Source: a virus (taxonomy: Duplodnaviria; Caudoviricetes). Taken from it: a DNA stretch of 64,000 nucleotides. Position numbers and translations under genes: made by a program. Where the stretch lies: positions 532 through 64,531 of IMG/VR virus record IMGVR_UViG_3300010885_022465. The stretch is one strand, 5' to 3'. Under the pieces are notes generated by a model. That model was not told the DNA's origin, ran no database searches, and saw nothing but the letters and a program-made list of their open reading frames with translations. Below are positions 45,401 through 55,871 of the stretch, piece by piece (the stretch's first letter is position 1; the number at the start of each line of letters is the position of its first letter).

Positions 45401-47519
45401 CTTTTAGTTCTGTTGACAATGATTGTCTTTGTTCAGCACTTGCGCTCATCATTTTTTCATTATACTCTTGATATAATGATTTAATTTGAGGATTTGATTC
45501 ACTCAATGATTTAATTGATGTATTGTAAGATTCTTTTGCTGAAGATTGTATGTTTGCTAATTCGGATTCATACGTTTCCTTCATCTTTTTTTCTTGCTCA
45601 ACTTTTTTACCTGTGTAAAAAGGCAAAGTATTTCCAGTTACATCTGAAAGTAAATCAGTTTTCTTTTCTTCTAAGTTTTTATTATCAATAGCAATAATCT
45701 CTTGGGCTTTTACAAGACCATATTGATTTTTTGATTTTGCAACTTTTGATAATTGAATTTCAATTGCATCTTGATGTAACTCAAGAATATCTTTTCTTGT
45801 ATTTTCATCAACAATATAGTTTGCTTTTGGATTACCACCACGAAGCATTAAATCTAATTTTTTGTCATTGACTACTCTATCTCCAGTAGTAAGTTCTGCT
45901 TTTATAAAATCATTATACTTAGGAGACATAATGTAATCAACAACTCCTTTAACTTTTGCAGAGTATTTTGCATCATAGGTTACGCTACCCATTTCACCTG
46001 TATATCGGTTGTATTGAGCTTCACTTCCTTTAATTACATTTTTTGCTTTATTTGTTAAATTAGCTTCTACTTGTTCACCTACGGTTTTTGGTTGAATAGG
46101 CGCAGGTTTTTCTAGTTCAGCAAGCATTTGTTTTCCTTGCTTATTAATTCCGTAAACAGTTTTTAAAAGTGTTTTTGTATTTGTTCCAAGGAAATTAGAA
46201 TAATCACCAGCTAAAGGATGTGCATTTCCAAGTAACATTTTTGCACCAAAATTACCTTTTGCTTCGTTTTCTTTTGCTTGCTTTTGAAGTTTAGAATTAT
46301 CAAAACCTTTTAATACTTCCTGTAATTTTAATTTTTCTTCGTTAGTAAGAATACCTCCGTTTTTAATTCTTTGCTGAACCTCAGGAGTAACTACTTCGTT
46401 AATACCACGAACAACAGCTTTTAAATTTACTTTTTCAATTTCTTTCTTTTCATCAATAAATTCAACAGTTCCTTTAACAGCATTGTAGATTTCTTTATCT
46501 GTAATAGCTTGCATAGCTTGGAATGTTCTATTCCCATTATCAATTGCTATTGTTGGTATATTATCTTCCTTTGGTTTATTTTCAGTAGCATATACAGTAG
46601 AGTAATCTTTTGGTTTAAATGCAGCTTTTATTTCAACTGGTTCTGAGCCTTTTGACTTTGAAGTAGCTATTTCATTTTGTACAACGCCATCTTTAATAGT
46701 AACTGTTTTTTCAACTCCATTCTTATCAGTTATAACTCCAATACCATTTCCTTTTCCGTCTTTAACGTTTCCTACATAATGCGTTCCATCAGGAACTTTA
46801 ACAGAACCTACTCCAGTTAATTGTCCTTTATCATCATATCTTCCTGATGTTTCAGTTCCGTCAACTAATGTATATGTTCCTTCTGTAGGTTTTCCATCTT
46901 CTGTAACACCATTGAATTCAGAATCACCAATAGTTTGAGTTCCTACTTGCTGTGTTTTAATTTCAGGTTGTATTTCAGTTATTTCAACTGGATTAACTTC
47001 AGGCGTGATAACAGGTTGATTTATACCTACAGGTGGAGCTATAGCTTCTATAGTTGTCGCTTCAGAGCCACCTTCTTTTTTGTCTTTGCTGTTATCAATA
47101 TCTAAACCATTAAAGAAAAACAAAGGGTCAGTTTCATCTGTTACTTCTTCCTTTTTAGTATCATCATAATAAGTAAGCTCTTGTTCAGTTTCACCATTCT
47201 CATTATTAATATGACCATAGTCAATAGAATCAAAAGAATATATATCAATAGGGTCAGGTATTTCAGCAACCTCAGGCGCAGGAATTTCATTAGTTGCTTC
47301 AGAAGTAATAACTGGAGCAGCTGGAGTCTGCATATTTACAACAGGAGGCTCAGTTACTGTAGGTTGTACAGGTACAACAGGTACAACAGGTACAACTGGT
47401 TCAACAGGTGCTTGTGCAGTTTCTTCCTGTTTAACAGGTGTTATATTTGCTTTAAAATCTTCAGGTTTTGCAGTTGCTTCAACTCCTCCTGTTTGTGTGC
47501 TTGTAACGTCTACATTCAT
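42489..47519 (-). CDS. large internal virion (ejection/cargo) protein with MORN-like repeats
   Basis: 1676 aa; disordered P/T/E-rich ends, YVGNVKDGKGNGIG repeats, Gly/Ala-rich helices. Confidence 0.65.
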   Translation of the reverse strand: MNVDVTSTQTGGVEATAKPEDFKANITPVKQEETAQAPVEPVVPVVPVVPVQPTVTEPPVVNMQTPAAPVITSEATNEIPAPEVAEIPDPIDIYSFDSIDYGHINNENGETEQELTYYDDTKKEEVTDETDPLFFFNGLDIDNSKDKKEGGSEATTIEAIAPPVGINQPVITPEVNPVEITEIQPEIKTQQVGTQTIGDSEFNGVTEDGKPTEGTYTLVDGTETSGRYDDKGQLTGVGSVKVPDGTHYVGNVKDGKGNGIGVITDKNGVEKTVTIKDGVVQNEIATSKSKGSEPVEIKAAFKPKDYSTVYATENKPKEDNIPTIAIDNGNRTFQAMQAITDKEIYNAVKGTVEFIDEKKEIEKVNLKAVVRGINEVVTPEVQQRIKNGGILTNEEKLKLQEVLKGFDNSKLQKQAKENEAKGNFGAKMLLGNAHPLAGDYSNFLGTNTKTLLKTVYGINKQGKQMLAELEKPAPIQPKTVGEQVEANLTNKAKNVIKGSEAQYNRYTGEMGSVTYDAKYSAKVKGVVDYIMSPKYNDFIKAELTTGDRVVNDKKLDLMLRGGNPKANYIVDENTRKDILELHQDAIEIQLSKVAKSKNQYGLVKAQEIIAIDNKNLEEKKTDLLSDVTGNTLPFYTGKKVEQEKKMKETYESELANIQSSAKESYNTSIKSLSESNPQIKSLYQEYNEKMMSASAEQRQSLSTELKGKLSAIPEYKELNKAYTDHLKTETDNLNKQTQLAQISMAASLRDECVRDLQKNYTTGLKKLERQSGYLAQYNVYNSTDALQESTAYKKADYQTKKVMTENLWNKHVADSTEFFAGTGVPTPKNEEERLNKHFTEWTGPLRAKTSEDMAVYSHLISKAAHDKFRVYSNYDAISDEKGNVFQYKAILEDSKAEIVANMKYLETTLGKDAYHNERYAKWKHQLEVVQDGIDRPENEQNTFSSFVKGFAEADIPFIGGIIRSYDADRLSKAAKNYSNGTASRADAGLLLTKTIKGTLDNFTPTSFVHGLGTGVGQTLSIMSELAFIEGGLNLTFTGASEILAKSSVKSAGERMAVNAIVDSSKAVTNAGAALLNPETVKFTQQVMNMASRGSNGLARIFLTTAAQPGTVASLKERKQQNVNETMVALHAGVMDDAIAQMEKGHEGELEAVAKSFGGSLISTGAELTGGLIMKQLDNVIGKKVIDYMSSNQFFKRNVVGAFMRKKGFTSADELTNYVNKIKEAGKIGEMHHEMLETYVEVTGTNIVEGNDWAKGYGDGQQAATVLFTSALFGSIKGGIGVTKKIVVKSNPTATHVYFDMEDGEKSSTAISTDAWNLFNKQVGKEYFNSNAFLDFAEKAKLTLPQKTALAQIYMKVNPNAHNDIKNIQANVEKMTGEKVTEEQIQGGTVEVVNQEFESKEITTEPTTTEPELTSREKEEQVNTETNDNQNQAGIPSEVGTPEESIQEQPVQETGSQATETSGVVQEPSKEVSGKTIEDIENERDLAINELSTKFQKVDTDNEEQASLEREKRQPEYAKELDKINAEYDAKIESLKTNESTTSTNTPTDGNVQSTAESSTQTGQGEGVQSTTEPATSKTNAQVDDTPTVVKETKTVLSDDTKVQERKQEIENKKLEALPLLDVTENNPFHEKRQIGKNPVKNKKFEAQYQSEMNDINEINDNFESIVEQLKLKTKDC

Positions 47520-47520
47520 A

Positions 47521-49368
47521 TTAATATACTTTTGCTGCTCCCATTTGAGAAGATGTAGCTTTATGGTTTAATAAATTTGCTTTTTCGTATTCTTCACCGA
47601 TAGGTTTAGTAATTGTAAATGTACTATTTGAAACAATAGGCTCTTGAGTATATACACCTGGACTGTTAGGGTCTTCTACTTTTTTATACCCAGTGACAAT
47701 TTTTGCTTTTTGAATAATCATAGTTGTCACATCGCCATGTTTTCCTTCTCCAGCTAATTCTAAAGGTATCCATTTTCCCGAAGAAGAACGAACAAAGTGA
47801 CCTACTTCTTCAGAAACAACAACAGATTTTCCAGCTTTGTTTTTTAATGCTAATTTAGCATCTTCATAAACAGATTTATTATCTTTTATGAATTTTGGTC
47901 CATTTACTTTATCTTGTCCTTTTGCATAAATTTGTTCAGTACTTAAAGTGTAAAATTTACCATCTCCACCTTTCATTGTTATTCCAGCTTGATTAGTAGA
48001 CCAAGTACCTTTATTGTTTGTAGGCTCTCCAAGCTGAATAGTTGTGTATCCGTTATTTTTATTTGTAGGAAATTGTTTCATATAGCTAGTGTAATCAGCT
48101 TTACGTTTTGTTGCATCTTCAGTTTGAGCAAAAGACACTACTCTATTTTTATCTGTAACTCGTTGTTCAACTTCTCCGTAATAATTATATTTATCATCTT
48201 GATGTTTCATCCAGGCAAGGTTATCACTAAATCTCGCAGACTCACCTGACTCAACTAATGATTTTTCTTTTTGTAATTTATCTCCATTTGCCTTATCAGC
48301 TTCCCATTGATTACTCTTGAATTTAACCCATTTATCATGCTCAGGAGTTCCGACAGGAGCGTCAGGATTACCTGCGTTGTATAGTTTATGGTCGCGAACA
48401 TATTGAGCAAGACCTTGTTCATGAGCATCTCTGTCCATAAATTTATCTGTAACGCTCAGTTTCTCTAATTTACTATAAGTTCCTTTTGGTGCTTTTCTGA
48501 ATTCTTCGTTTTTTACTTCTCTAACAAATCTATTAAGATTTTCAGCAGTAGACCAACCTTTAAGATTATCGTAAGTTTGTATCCTATCAGCAAAATCAGT
48601 AGCCTTAAATGTTCCGTTTATAATTCCATTCGCAACGTGCTCTGCATTAAGATTACCTGTAGCTGTCATGTATTCTTGAGCAAACTTAGCGTCTTCAGGA
48701 GATATAATTAAATCACCTTTTTCAGCGTCTTTTTGCATTTTTAGAATACGTTCATGAGTAGTCAATGTGCTTCTACCTTGTTCATCAAATCTACGCATTG
48801 TATTTATGTACTCAGGGTCTTTAAGTAGAGCTTCGTAATTATTTCCGTACTTTTTAGCCATTTGTTGAGAATACAACATTGCTCTGTCGTTAATTTCACT
48901 TACAAATTGAGGAGCAGCAGTAACTTTAAAACTTTGAACTTTTTGTCTAGCAATTTCTGCATTTTTTGCTTTTGTATAAGCCTGTTGAGCTAATTCTTTT
49001 TTTCTAGCTTCAATAACAGCCATAGGAGCTACATTTGTAGAACCTACTAATGCAGAATTAAAAAACTTTCCTTGGTGATAACCTTGAATAACATTTTGTT
49101 CTAATCCAGGGTAAAAATCAGCATTAGTTAATTTATCTCCTGTTGGAGCTGTAGGAGTTATGTAACTTGCAGGGTCAAAAAAATCATTGTTTTTTTGTAT
49201 TTGTTCAGCAACTTTAGCAACTCTTTTTTGTTCATCTACAGCGTCTTGAGCATCTGCAACCGCGGAAGTTTCATTAGCTACTTCTTCAGTAGTTTTATTT
49301 GATTGACCTGTAATTACCTTTAAAACAGTGTTTGTATTTACTTGGTTTTGAATATCTTCTGTTGCCAT
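47521..49368 (-). CDS. internal virion protein
   Basis: 615 aa within ejection cluster. Confidence 0.55.
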   Translation of the reverse strand: MATEDIQNQVNTNTVLKVITGQSNKTTEEVANETSAVADAQDAVDEQKRVAKVAEQIQKNNDFFDPASYITPTAPTGDKLTNADFYPGLEQNVIQGYHQGKFFNSALVGSTNVAPMAVIEARKKELAQQAYTKAKNAEIARQKVQSFKVTAAPQFVSEINDRAMLYSQQMAKKYGNNYEALLKDPEYINTMRRFDEQGRSTLTTHERILKMQKDAEKGDLIISPEDAKFAQEYMTATGNLNAEHVANGIINGTFKATDFADRIQTYDNLKGWSTAENLNRFVREVKNEEFRKAPKGTYSKLEKLSVTDKFMDRDAHEQGLAQYVRDHKLYNAGNPDAPVGTPEHDKWVKFKSNQWEADKANGDKLQKEKSLVESGESARFSDNLAWMKHQDDKYNYYGEVEQRVTDKNRVVSFAQTEDATKRKADYTSYMKQFPTNKNNGYTTIQLGEPTNNKGTWSTNQAGITMKGGDGKFYTLSTEQIYAKGQDKVNGPKFIKDNKSVYEDAKLALKNKAGKSVVVSEEVGHFVRSSSGKWIPLELAGEGKHGDVTTMIIQKAKIVTGYKKVEDPNSPGVYTQEPIVSNSTFTITKPIGEEYEKANLLNHKATSSQMGAAKVY

Positions 49369-49372
49369 TTTG

Positions 49373-50182
49373 TTATATTAAACTTGAATTAGATAAAGCA
49401 TTACCTGTTGAGTATGGGTTTCCGAAAAGATTCATTGAACTTTGTTGTAAGCCAAACCGATTTCTAAGAGCAGGTTTCTTGAATTGAACTAAATTAGAAT
49501 TACTTAGTACATTGCCTGTTGAGTATGGATTTGGAAGGTATTTACTTCCAGTCCCATCAATATTATCTGTATCTGAGCTATATACTTCATTAGGGCTATT
49601 TGTTGTTATTGAATTTTTTCCAAGCTCAGGAATTTGAGTCAATAATGCATTTGTATTTGCTGATAAATTTTTAGAATCATTTTCTGCAGTAACTTTTGCT
49701 TGGTCATACATAACCCCTTGAATATCTAATTTTCTTTGAGCTATATCATTGATTGACTGACTTTGTTTATCAGCATACATTCCTTCCATTTGTTGACTTT
49801 GTTGATTTAACCCAAGAACTCCTTTTAGGTAAATGCTTTTTATGCCTGCAACATCTGTACTTGCTCCACCAAACTTAAAGGCATTTCTCAACGCTTCTTG
49901 TGTAGTAGATTGCAAATCAGCTCTTTGATATGCTTGTGCAGTCCCTGTTTGATACGCTGTACGCATACGCGCATAGTATCTTTCCATTGCTTGTTGCTCT
50001 GGGTCAACTAATGGAGGTAATAAAGATTTAGCTTTATCTTTTTTATTTGCGCCATATATACCTACTCCTGCTCCTACTACAGCTCCTATTAAAGCTCCGT
50101 AAGGACCTGCAGCTGCGCCTGTAGAAGCTCCTGATATAGTAGAAGATAGTATTGCACCTCCGTTATCATCTAAATAACTCAT
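49373..50182 (-). CDS. pilot/ejection protein
   Basis: GASTGAAAGPYGALIGAVVGAGVG N-terminus and Gln-rich helices, typical of podovirus ejection proteins. Confidence 0.65.
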   Translation of the reverse strand: MSYLDDNGGAILSSTISGASTGAAAGPYGALIGAVVGAGVGIYGANKKDKAKSLLPPLVDPEQQAMERYYARMRTAYQTGTAQAYQRADLQSTTQEALRNAFKFGGASTDVAGIKSIYLKGVLGLNQQSQQMEGMYADKQSQSINDIAQRKLDIQGVMYDQAKVTAENDSKNLSANTNALLTQIPELGKNSITTNSPNEVYSSDTDNIDGTGSKYLPNPYSTGNVLSNSNLVQFKKPALRNRFGLQQSSMNLFGNPYSTGNALSNSSLI

Positions 50183-50208
50183 AATATTTCTTTTTTCAAA
50201 TTTAACAA

Positions 50209-53200
50209 TTATTTCAACACTTTAAACTGAACCATGGTAGCATTTATGGTAAAGTCTTCATTAGTGTCATTTTCTATTCTAAACAATACAACTCTTCCCT
50301 GTTGTCTTAAATGCGGAGCTAATGCTTTTCGAGGTATGTAACATTCATATCCTCCGTAATCTTTTATGGAATAAGATATTGCATCTGAATCAACTGTTGA
50401 AGAAACTATTCCATTTATGTAATTTTCATAGTCATCAAAGAAAAGAATTCTGTTTGGCTTATGATTTGAGTTTACGCGTATTCTAATGAACTCTTTTGAG
50501 TGATATAATACATCGGGTTCATATCTTCCTTGCTTACCAGTAGAAACGCCTGTAACGGAAGTTACCATTAATTTACCATCAACTATGTTTCCTTCACCTA
50601 ATCTAAATGTAGCTCCACCTCTCATTCCGTAAAGTTTATTTGCTATAGATAAATATTTATCATAATTGTAAGATGCTCTACATTGAAGCGCTTGTTGAGT
50701 TACGCCATAAATTAATGAGCTAGGCAATAAGTCAGAGCTTCCTTGAGCAAAAACACTTTCATCAAATGTCATGATGTATTCTTTTGTTAAAACATTAAAT
50801 ACTCCTGACATTTTAGTTTCAACGTTTTTTCCAATGTAAGGAATAACTCTATTTTTATATATCTCTTGAAATCCTCCTTTCTCGCTCAAAAACTCTATTT
50901 GATTAGACGCAAGAGCATATACCCCTGTATCATTAAAAAAGAAAAGAGCATTGTTGTATTCAGCCCAACTTCTCCAATACTCATCAGTCATCCCAATTGT
51001 TTGAGTAAGCCATAAATAATCTATAGCCCCTTTATTAATGGTACTACCTGAGAAAAGCTCTTCAGCATTAATATCATTAATTATACGCTTATCTGCAATT
51101 ACTAATGCTATTCCATTTGAAGTTATTGCATATAAGTTTTGACCTTTTTTGTCTGACATAGCGCTCCAGGCAAATTTAATCTCTCCGTTATTGTCAGATA
51201 AATCTAAAATATTGGATACTAAAAATGTCTTTGTGCTTGGACTGTTTTGTTCATTTACATTTTTTTCTTCTGACCATGCAATACGTGTAGGGTAATGTGT
51301 CTGTTCTTCAAAACCTATCTTTGGAACACTCGTAAATAATCGTAAGTTATTTTTATTTACGTAATCTTGATTGATTGTTTGTATGTATTTAAACCCTCCA
51401 CGTTTCCAATAATCTTGCTCACTACCATAAGTTACAAAATATTGAGGGTCTACATTTCCGTTATTTGGATTATCATTGTCCCATGCGTATGGTCTAGGAA
51501 CGTAATTTTTTAGAGGATAGAATTTGCTTAGACTGTTACGTATAGAAGGCTCTGCTTCAAAAGCAAAACATAAAGGAACTCTAGTTTCAGCTGTAAACAT
51601 ACAGATTAATTGACGTATATATTCAACAAAGAATATACTCGCTGTCATAAGGTCTGGGTCACCTGCGTCGCTTACGTCGAAATACTGAATCATACCTGGT
51701 GATTTCCCATATTTTTGATATGGAAATTGTTGTGATGGAATCCTAAATCCATCAGTGTAAGGAAAAGTATTATTTATTCCTTCAGCATCAATATGAGCCC
51801 AAATACATTCATTAACATAAGTATCACCTCCAAATACTCTGCTAGGTATTCTATTGTCGTACATTACGTAAATAGATTCGCTTGGCTTAGGTATGAATAA
51901 ATTTATATTATAATTTGAGTCAAATTGTTCAAATATTAATTCGTAATTTCTCTGTAGCGATTCAGTATTAGTAGGTGAATTGTCTTTGTACACTCCGTAA
52001 ACTTTTTTATCTAAAGGACTTGATTGATAAAAACCATTAGTAGTTATATCGGTAAGAATTACATTTATTTCAGCTGTAGTTTTGTATGTTATATTTAACC
52101 AAGGTTTAGAATCTCCTGAAAGGTTCTCAACGTGTACGTATCTATCAATTGAATAGTATGAATTAAAATTATTGTCTGCATTTTGAAACGGTTTATTTAT
52201 GCAGTCTTCCCATCTTTCAGAAATCAAAGGAAATGAAGATGTTGTTTGTGTTGTTATAGTTCCAATTAAAGATTTATTTTTTTGAAAATGACCTGTGCTT
52301 GTATATTCGGTGATTGTTTCATCTGAAACGTCAGCAGTATTTTGAATCAAATTAACAACATAAACAGGACTAACACCTGCAAGCTCATGATTGTAAATTC
52401 TATCACTTAAAGTAAGTCTTGAGTAACTCAATAACCCAGGTCCAACCAAAAAACTCGTCGCTGCCTCTATGTCGAAAATCTGTTTAGTTGTAACGTCAAC
52501 ATCAGATGTTGAGCCGAACCATGAATTGTACTTAACGTGTCCAGTGTATTCTGTAGGGTTTATGGTTCCGTCTTCTTTTAAAACCCTAAAAAAAGAAATC
52601 ATATCAATATTTCTATCCAAATAACCTGAAATCTGTCCTCCTGCATTTACGCTAGTCCGTCCTGAGTAACATTCAGAGAAAAACCCCATGGCAGATACTA
52701 TCTCTAGTTGAAATGAAGAAGGAGTATCATATAATTGATTTAAACTTATTGTATCTAATTTTTCTAAATCAGGGAAATAAACATGGCAAGCATCATCATT
52801 TGAAAAATTATACATTGCTAAACCTTGAGCGACAACTCTTTTTGCAGGTTTTGTTTTAACAATAGAAAAACCTGAGAATCCTGCAGGAATTTCAATGTCT
52901 TTTACCGCAATTCCTAATGAATAATAATCAAGACCAAATGCTTTAGGAGCATAAGCAAAAGGTAGGGTATTATCGTAATCATTAATATAATATGCCGCAA
53001 GGTTTGGTTTTCCAAATTCAAATGAACTATCATTTTGATTGGTAGGATGAACAAGTGCTGTATCGCCATTATCGCAAATATTATAACTTAAAAAACCAGG
53101 TCTAGAAACAGCATTCTCGTGGTCAAATACCTCGTGAGTTAATACTGCTGTTCCATTTTTATCGTTTTCAGGCATAGCTGTTACAGCTCCTTCATAAGAA

Positions 53201-54615
53201 GTTCCTTTACTATCCGTTAAAGATAATGGAGACCTTCTATTTGGGTGTTGGTATGAATACTTGTTATTTGGATTTCCTGTAGGAAGTGGAGTTACATAAG
53301 TTGGAGAGCCATTATTATCATAAAGCAATATTCCATAACCTTGTCGCTCACCTCGCATAAACGATTTGTACATCGCTGCATTATAAGCATTACTATGCCC
53401 TTCTTTGTATAGCTTTTGAATTGTAGGAAATATATAGCTTTTTGTAGTATCTAAATTTAATTCATCAATAATATCTTTTGATTTATACTTTAAATTCATT
53501 AAGTATAATCTTTTATTGTAGAATCGAATAGATTTAGCGGCAACAATACTTGTTACATCTAAATTAGCCTCTGTATAAGTAATAGAAGTCATTGCGCTTA
53601 TTTCAGATTGTCTATCTATAAACGAAAATATTCCAACACCAAAAATACTACTTATGTCGTAAGTATGTATAATATAAGAAATTGGAGGAGTATCTATCGT
53701 TGCTCCTGACTGCCAACAATGACGGATAATTTCAATACTCGCAAAAGCATTGTTATTTACAAAGCGTAATTTAATATATGGAGCAAAAGTTGAATTTACT
53801 GAAATATCAGGATTTGCAGAAATTAAATTCTGACTAAACAATGGGGAGTGACTATTCTTGTTGATTATAACAGGAATTAAATCAGTTAATGGAGAAAATG
53901 AAGAGAAATCTCCTGAAGCACTTACATATCTGTACGAATAAGAATATTGACCAACAGGAAGTCCTGCAGAACCAATGACCGTAGCTCCATTTGGATTTGA
54001 ATTTACTAAATCAATAAACTGAGGCTTATACAGACTTGCTTGAATAGCTATTGTATATTCACTTAAATTAAAAAATTCAAAATACTTTTTTGTATTATAG
54101 GAGTCAATTAAATCTTGTAAATTAAAAGTCATAGGTTGAGAATAGAAATCTGTAATGTAAAATTCACCGCCTAAAATACTTTGATTTTTATCGTATTGCA
54201 AAGGTTTATCATGATACACAGGGAAATTAACAGACATCAAACATATGTCTCCATCAATACGAATAAAAGAAGGTTCTGACGGGTTTTTAGAAAATGTAAA
54301 ATTATCTTTACTACACCATATTTCTACAATATGTCCGTTAATAGATTGTGTCATCACACAACTATAATTGATAAAATTTATTGTTGATGGATTAGATTGA
54401 TTTGTATAATCCCTTGTATCTATTGCAGGGTAAAATCCACTTTCACCACCTATATGAGTTTTCCCTAAGTTATCTCCATCTTGAGCTAAAGACCTCATAT
54501 TCAATGAGTCAGCATGAAATCCTTCAGGTAATTCGCTTATTAATTCTTTACTTACGTCAGAGTTTACACCTTTGCTGTAATTTTTAACGTCATATTTTCC
54601 GTGTTGTTGTTTCAT
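50209..54615 (-). CDS. tail nozzle/muzzle protein
   Basis: 1468 aa beta-rich; KSFMRGERQGYGI, FGGDTYVN, RIAWS motifs reminiscent of crAss-like tail proteins. Confidence 0.6.
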   Translation of the reverse strand: MKQQHGKYDVKNYSKGVNSDVSKELISELPEGFHADSLNMRSLAQDGDNLGKTHIGGESGFYPAIDTRDYTNQSNPSTINFINYSCVMTQSINGHIVEIWCSKDNFTFSKNPSEPSFIRIDGDICLMSVNFPVYHDKPLQYDKNQSILGGEFYITDFYSQPMTFNLQDLIDSYNTKKYFEFFNLSEYTIAIQASLYKPQFIDLVNSNPNGATVIGSAGLPVGQYSYSYRYVSASGDFSSFSPLTDLIPVIINKNSHSPLFSQNLISANPDISVNSTFAPYIKLRFVNNNAFASIEIIRHCWQSGATIDTPPISYIIHTYDISSIFGVGIFSFIDRQSEISAMTSITYTEANLDVTSIVAAKSIRFYNKRLYLMNLKYKSKDIIDELNLDTTKSYIFPTIQKLYKEGHSNAYNAAMYKSFMRGERQGYGILLYDNNGSPTYVTPLPTGNPNNKYSYQHPNRRSPLSLTDSKGTSYEGAVTAMPENDKNGTAVLTHEVFDHENAVSRPGFLSYNICDNGDTALVHPTNQNDSSFEFGKPNLAAYYINDYDNTLPFAYAPKAFGLDYYSLGIAVKDIEIPAGFSGFSIVKTKPAKRVVAQGLAMYNFSNDDACHVYFPDLEKLDTISLNQLYDTPSSFQLEIVSAMGFFSECYSGRTSVNAGGQISGYLDRNIDMISFFRVLKEDGTINPTEYTGHVKYNSWFGSTSDVDVTTKQIFDIEAATSFLVGPGLLSYSRLTLSDRIYNHELAGVSPVYVVNLIQNTADVSDETITEYTSTGHFQKNKSLIGTITTQTTSSFPLISERWEDCINKPFQNADNNFNSYYSIDRYVHVENLSGDSKPWLNITYKTTAEINVILTDITTNGFYQSSPLDKKVYGVYKDNSPTNTESLQRNYELIFEQFDSNYNINLFIPKPSESIYVMYDNRIPSRVFGGDTYVNECIWAHIDAEGINNTFPYTDGFRIPSQQFPYQKYGKSPGMIQYFDVSDAGDPDLMTASIFFVEYIRQLICMFTAETRVPLCFAFEAEPSIRNSLSKFYPLKNYVPRPYAWDNDNPNNGNVDPQYFVTYGSEQDYWKRGGFKYIQTINQDYVNKNNLRLFTSVPKIGFEEQTHYPTRIAWSEEKNVNEQNSPSTKTFLVSNILDLSDNNGEIKFAWSAMSDKKGQNLYAITSNGIALVIADKRIINDINAEELFSGSTINKGAIDYLWLTQTIGMTDEYWRSWAEYNNALFFFNDTGVYALASNQIEFLSEKGGFQEIYKNRVIPYIGKNVETKMSGVFNVLTKEYIMTFDESVFAQGSSDLLPSSLIYGVTQQALQCRASYNYDKYLSIANKLYGMRGGATFRLGEGNIVDGKLMVTSVTGVSTGKQGRYEPDVLYHSKEFIRIRVNSNHKPNRILFFDDYENYINGIVSSTVDSDAISYSIKDYGGYECYIPRKALAPHLRQQGRVVLFRIENDTNEDFTINATMVQFKVLK

Positions 54616-54618
54616 TTT

Positions 54619-54795
54619 TTATTTGCTTTTAAATAAAGATGGAATTTTATTTAACTTTTTTTTTCTTTTTTCGCAACCACAATCTTCCTTACCAAGAACG
54701 TTTGCTAAGGATTTTGCTGCCTTATCTAATCTTATAGATTTTGCGACAAAAGCTACATCGTCTCCAAGACCTCTTCTTATTGCTGAATATCCCAT
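54619..54795 (-). CDS. small protein with GLGD...DCGCEKRK motif
   Basis: Motif recurrent in flavobacterial phages; start placed at ATG 54795. Confidence 0.55.
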   Translation of the reverse strand: MGYSAIRRGLGDDVAFVAKSIRLDKAAKSLANVLGKEDCGCEKRKKKLNKIPSLFKSK

Positions 54796-54805
54796 TTTTA
54801 TTGTT

Positions 54806-55087
54806 TTAACAATTCCATTTTCGCAAAGAAAGAGCTTTTCTTGTTGGTCTTCCTTTTTCATCTTTCATTGGTCCAGGCATTCCTGACATCCTTGCGCAAA
54901 AACTTTTTCTTCTTTTTGCTGCAGCGCTATCAGGCTTTAATTTTGATGGTGGTGTTGTAACAGCCATTTTTAAATGACTACCAGGATTTTGTCTTCTATA
55001 AGAAGCAACTCCTTTTGCGTTTAATCCACCTGAAGGATTCTTACCTTCTTTTCTCTGCCAAGCAGCTGTTTTATGTTTTCCTTCCAT
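54806..55087 (-). CDS. small basic conserved phage protein (DUF6321-like)
   Basis: AAWQRKEGKNPSGGLNAKG...RRKSFCARM...LRKWNC. Confidence 0.7.
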   Translation of the reverse strand: MEGKHKTAAWQRKEGKNPSGGLNAKGVASYRRQNPGSHLKMAVTTPPSKLKPDSAAAKRRKSFCARMSGMPGPMKDEKGRPTRKALSLRKWNC

Positions 55088-55088
55088 A

Positions 55089-55862
55089 TTACTTATGAAT
55101 CATGTTAGAAATGTACTCTTCCATAGATGTTTTTTCAGATGTATCCATTGATTTAACACGCTTACGTGCTTTATTCCATGAACCACCAACTAAATCATTT
55201 AATCTGCTGTATGCGTCGTTCCAAAGTATTCTGAATTTACGTGGGTCACGAGATTTCATAGCATTGTAAAATCTTTCTTCAACGTAATCGTTTACTGCTC
55301 TTTCAAAAAATCTAGGAACTACAGGTAAGTCACCAATCTCACCACCCATACTATTATAGACAATTCTAATATTTTCGTAGTTCAAACAATCTCTACTTAA
55401 CATGATTATTCCGTTAATGGTATTGTAATAAAATTTCTGACCTGCAAAACCAATGTAATTAGCATTTCCCATAATTCGTTGGTTCGGCTGAAAAATATCA
55501 GAACTTTGACTACCATCATCTTTAACTCGAGACGTATATCCTTCACCACTAGATTGATTGTTAAAGTTTCTTTTCCAATAAACTACTTGACTTTTTTGAG
55601 GAGAACATAATCCACCGTGATACAAATATATTTCACGAATATTAAACGTTCCCTTTGGCATTGGCAATTGCAATGTTTTAGGAACTTCAATGTCTTGTTG
55701 TAGCTTTCCCCAAAAAGTATCAAAAGATAATTCTTGTAATGCATCTTGTATTCTTGATATGTACCACCCTTTATTAAAACCACTTCTAAACTCTGTATCA
55801 TTCAAAGTAGAAGTTATCTCCGCTAAAAGATGGTCAACTGATACGTAATCGTTTGAATTCAT
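55089..55862 (-). CDS. tail ring/adaptor protein
   Basis: Position and size (~250 aa) in a series of three similar genes. Confidence 0.55.
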   Translation of the reverse strand: MNSNDYVSVDHLLAEITSTLNDTEFRSGFNKGWYISRIQDALQELSFDTFWGKLQQDIEVPKTLQLPMPKGTFNIREIYLYHGGLCSPQKSQVVYWKRNFNNQSSGEGYTSRVKDDGSQSSDIFQPNQRIMGNANYIGFAGQKFYYNTINGIIMLSRDCLNYENIRIVYNSMGGEIGDLPVVPRFFERAVNDYVEERFYNAMKSRDPRKFRILWNDAYSRLNDLVGGSWNKARKRVKSMDTSEKTSMEEYISNMIHK

Positions 55863-55871
55863 AGCTTATTA

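Noticed and set aside
37476-47519. crAss-type virion RNA polymerase
   Set aside because: No DxDxD/DFDID catalytic motif seen (DDFDFG does not fit) and the proteins are smaller than expected
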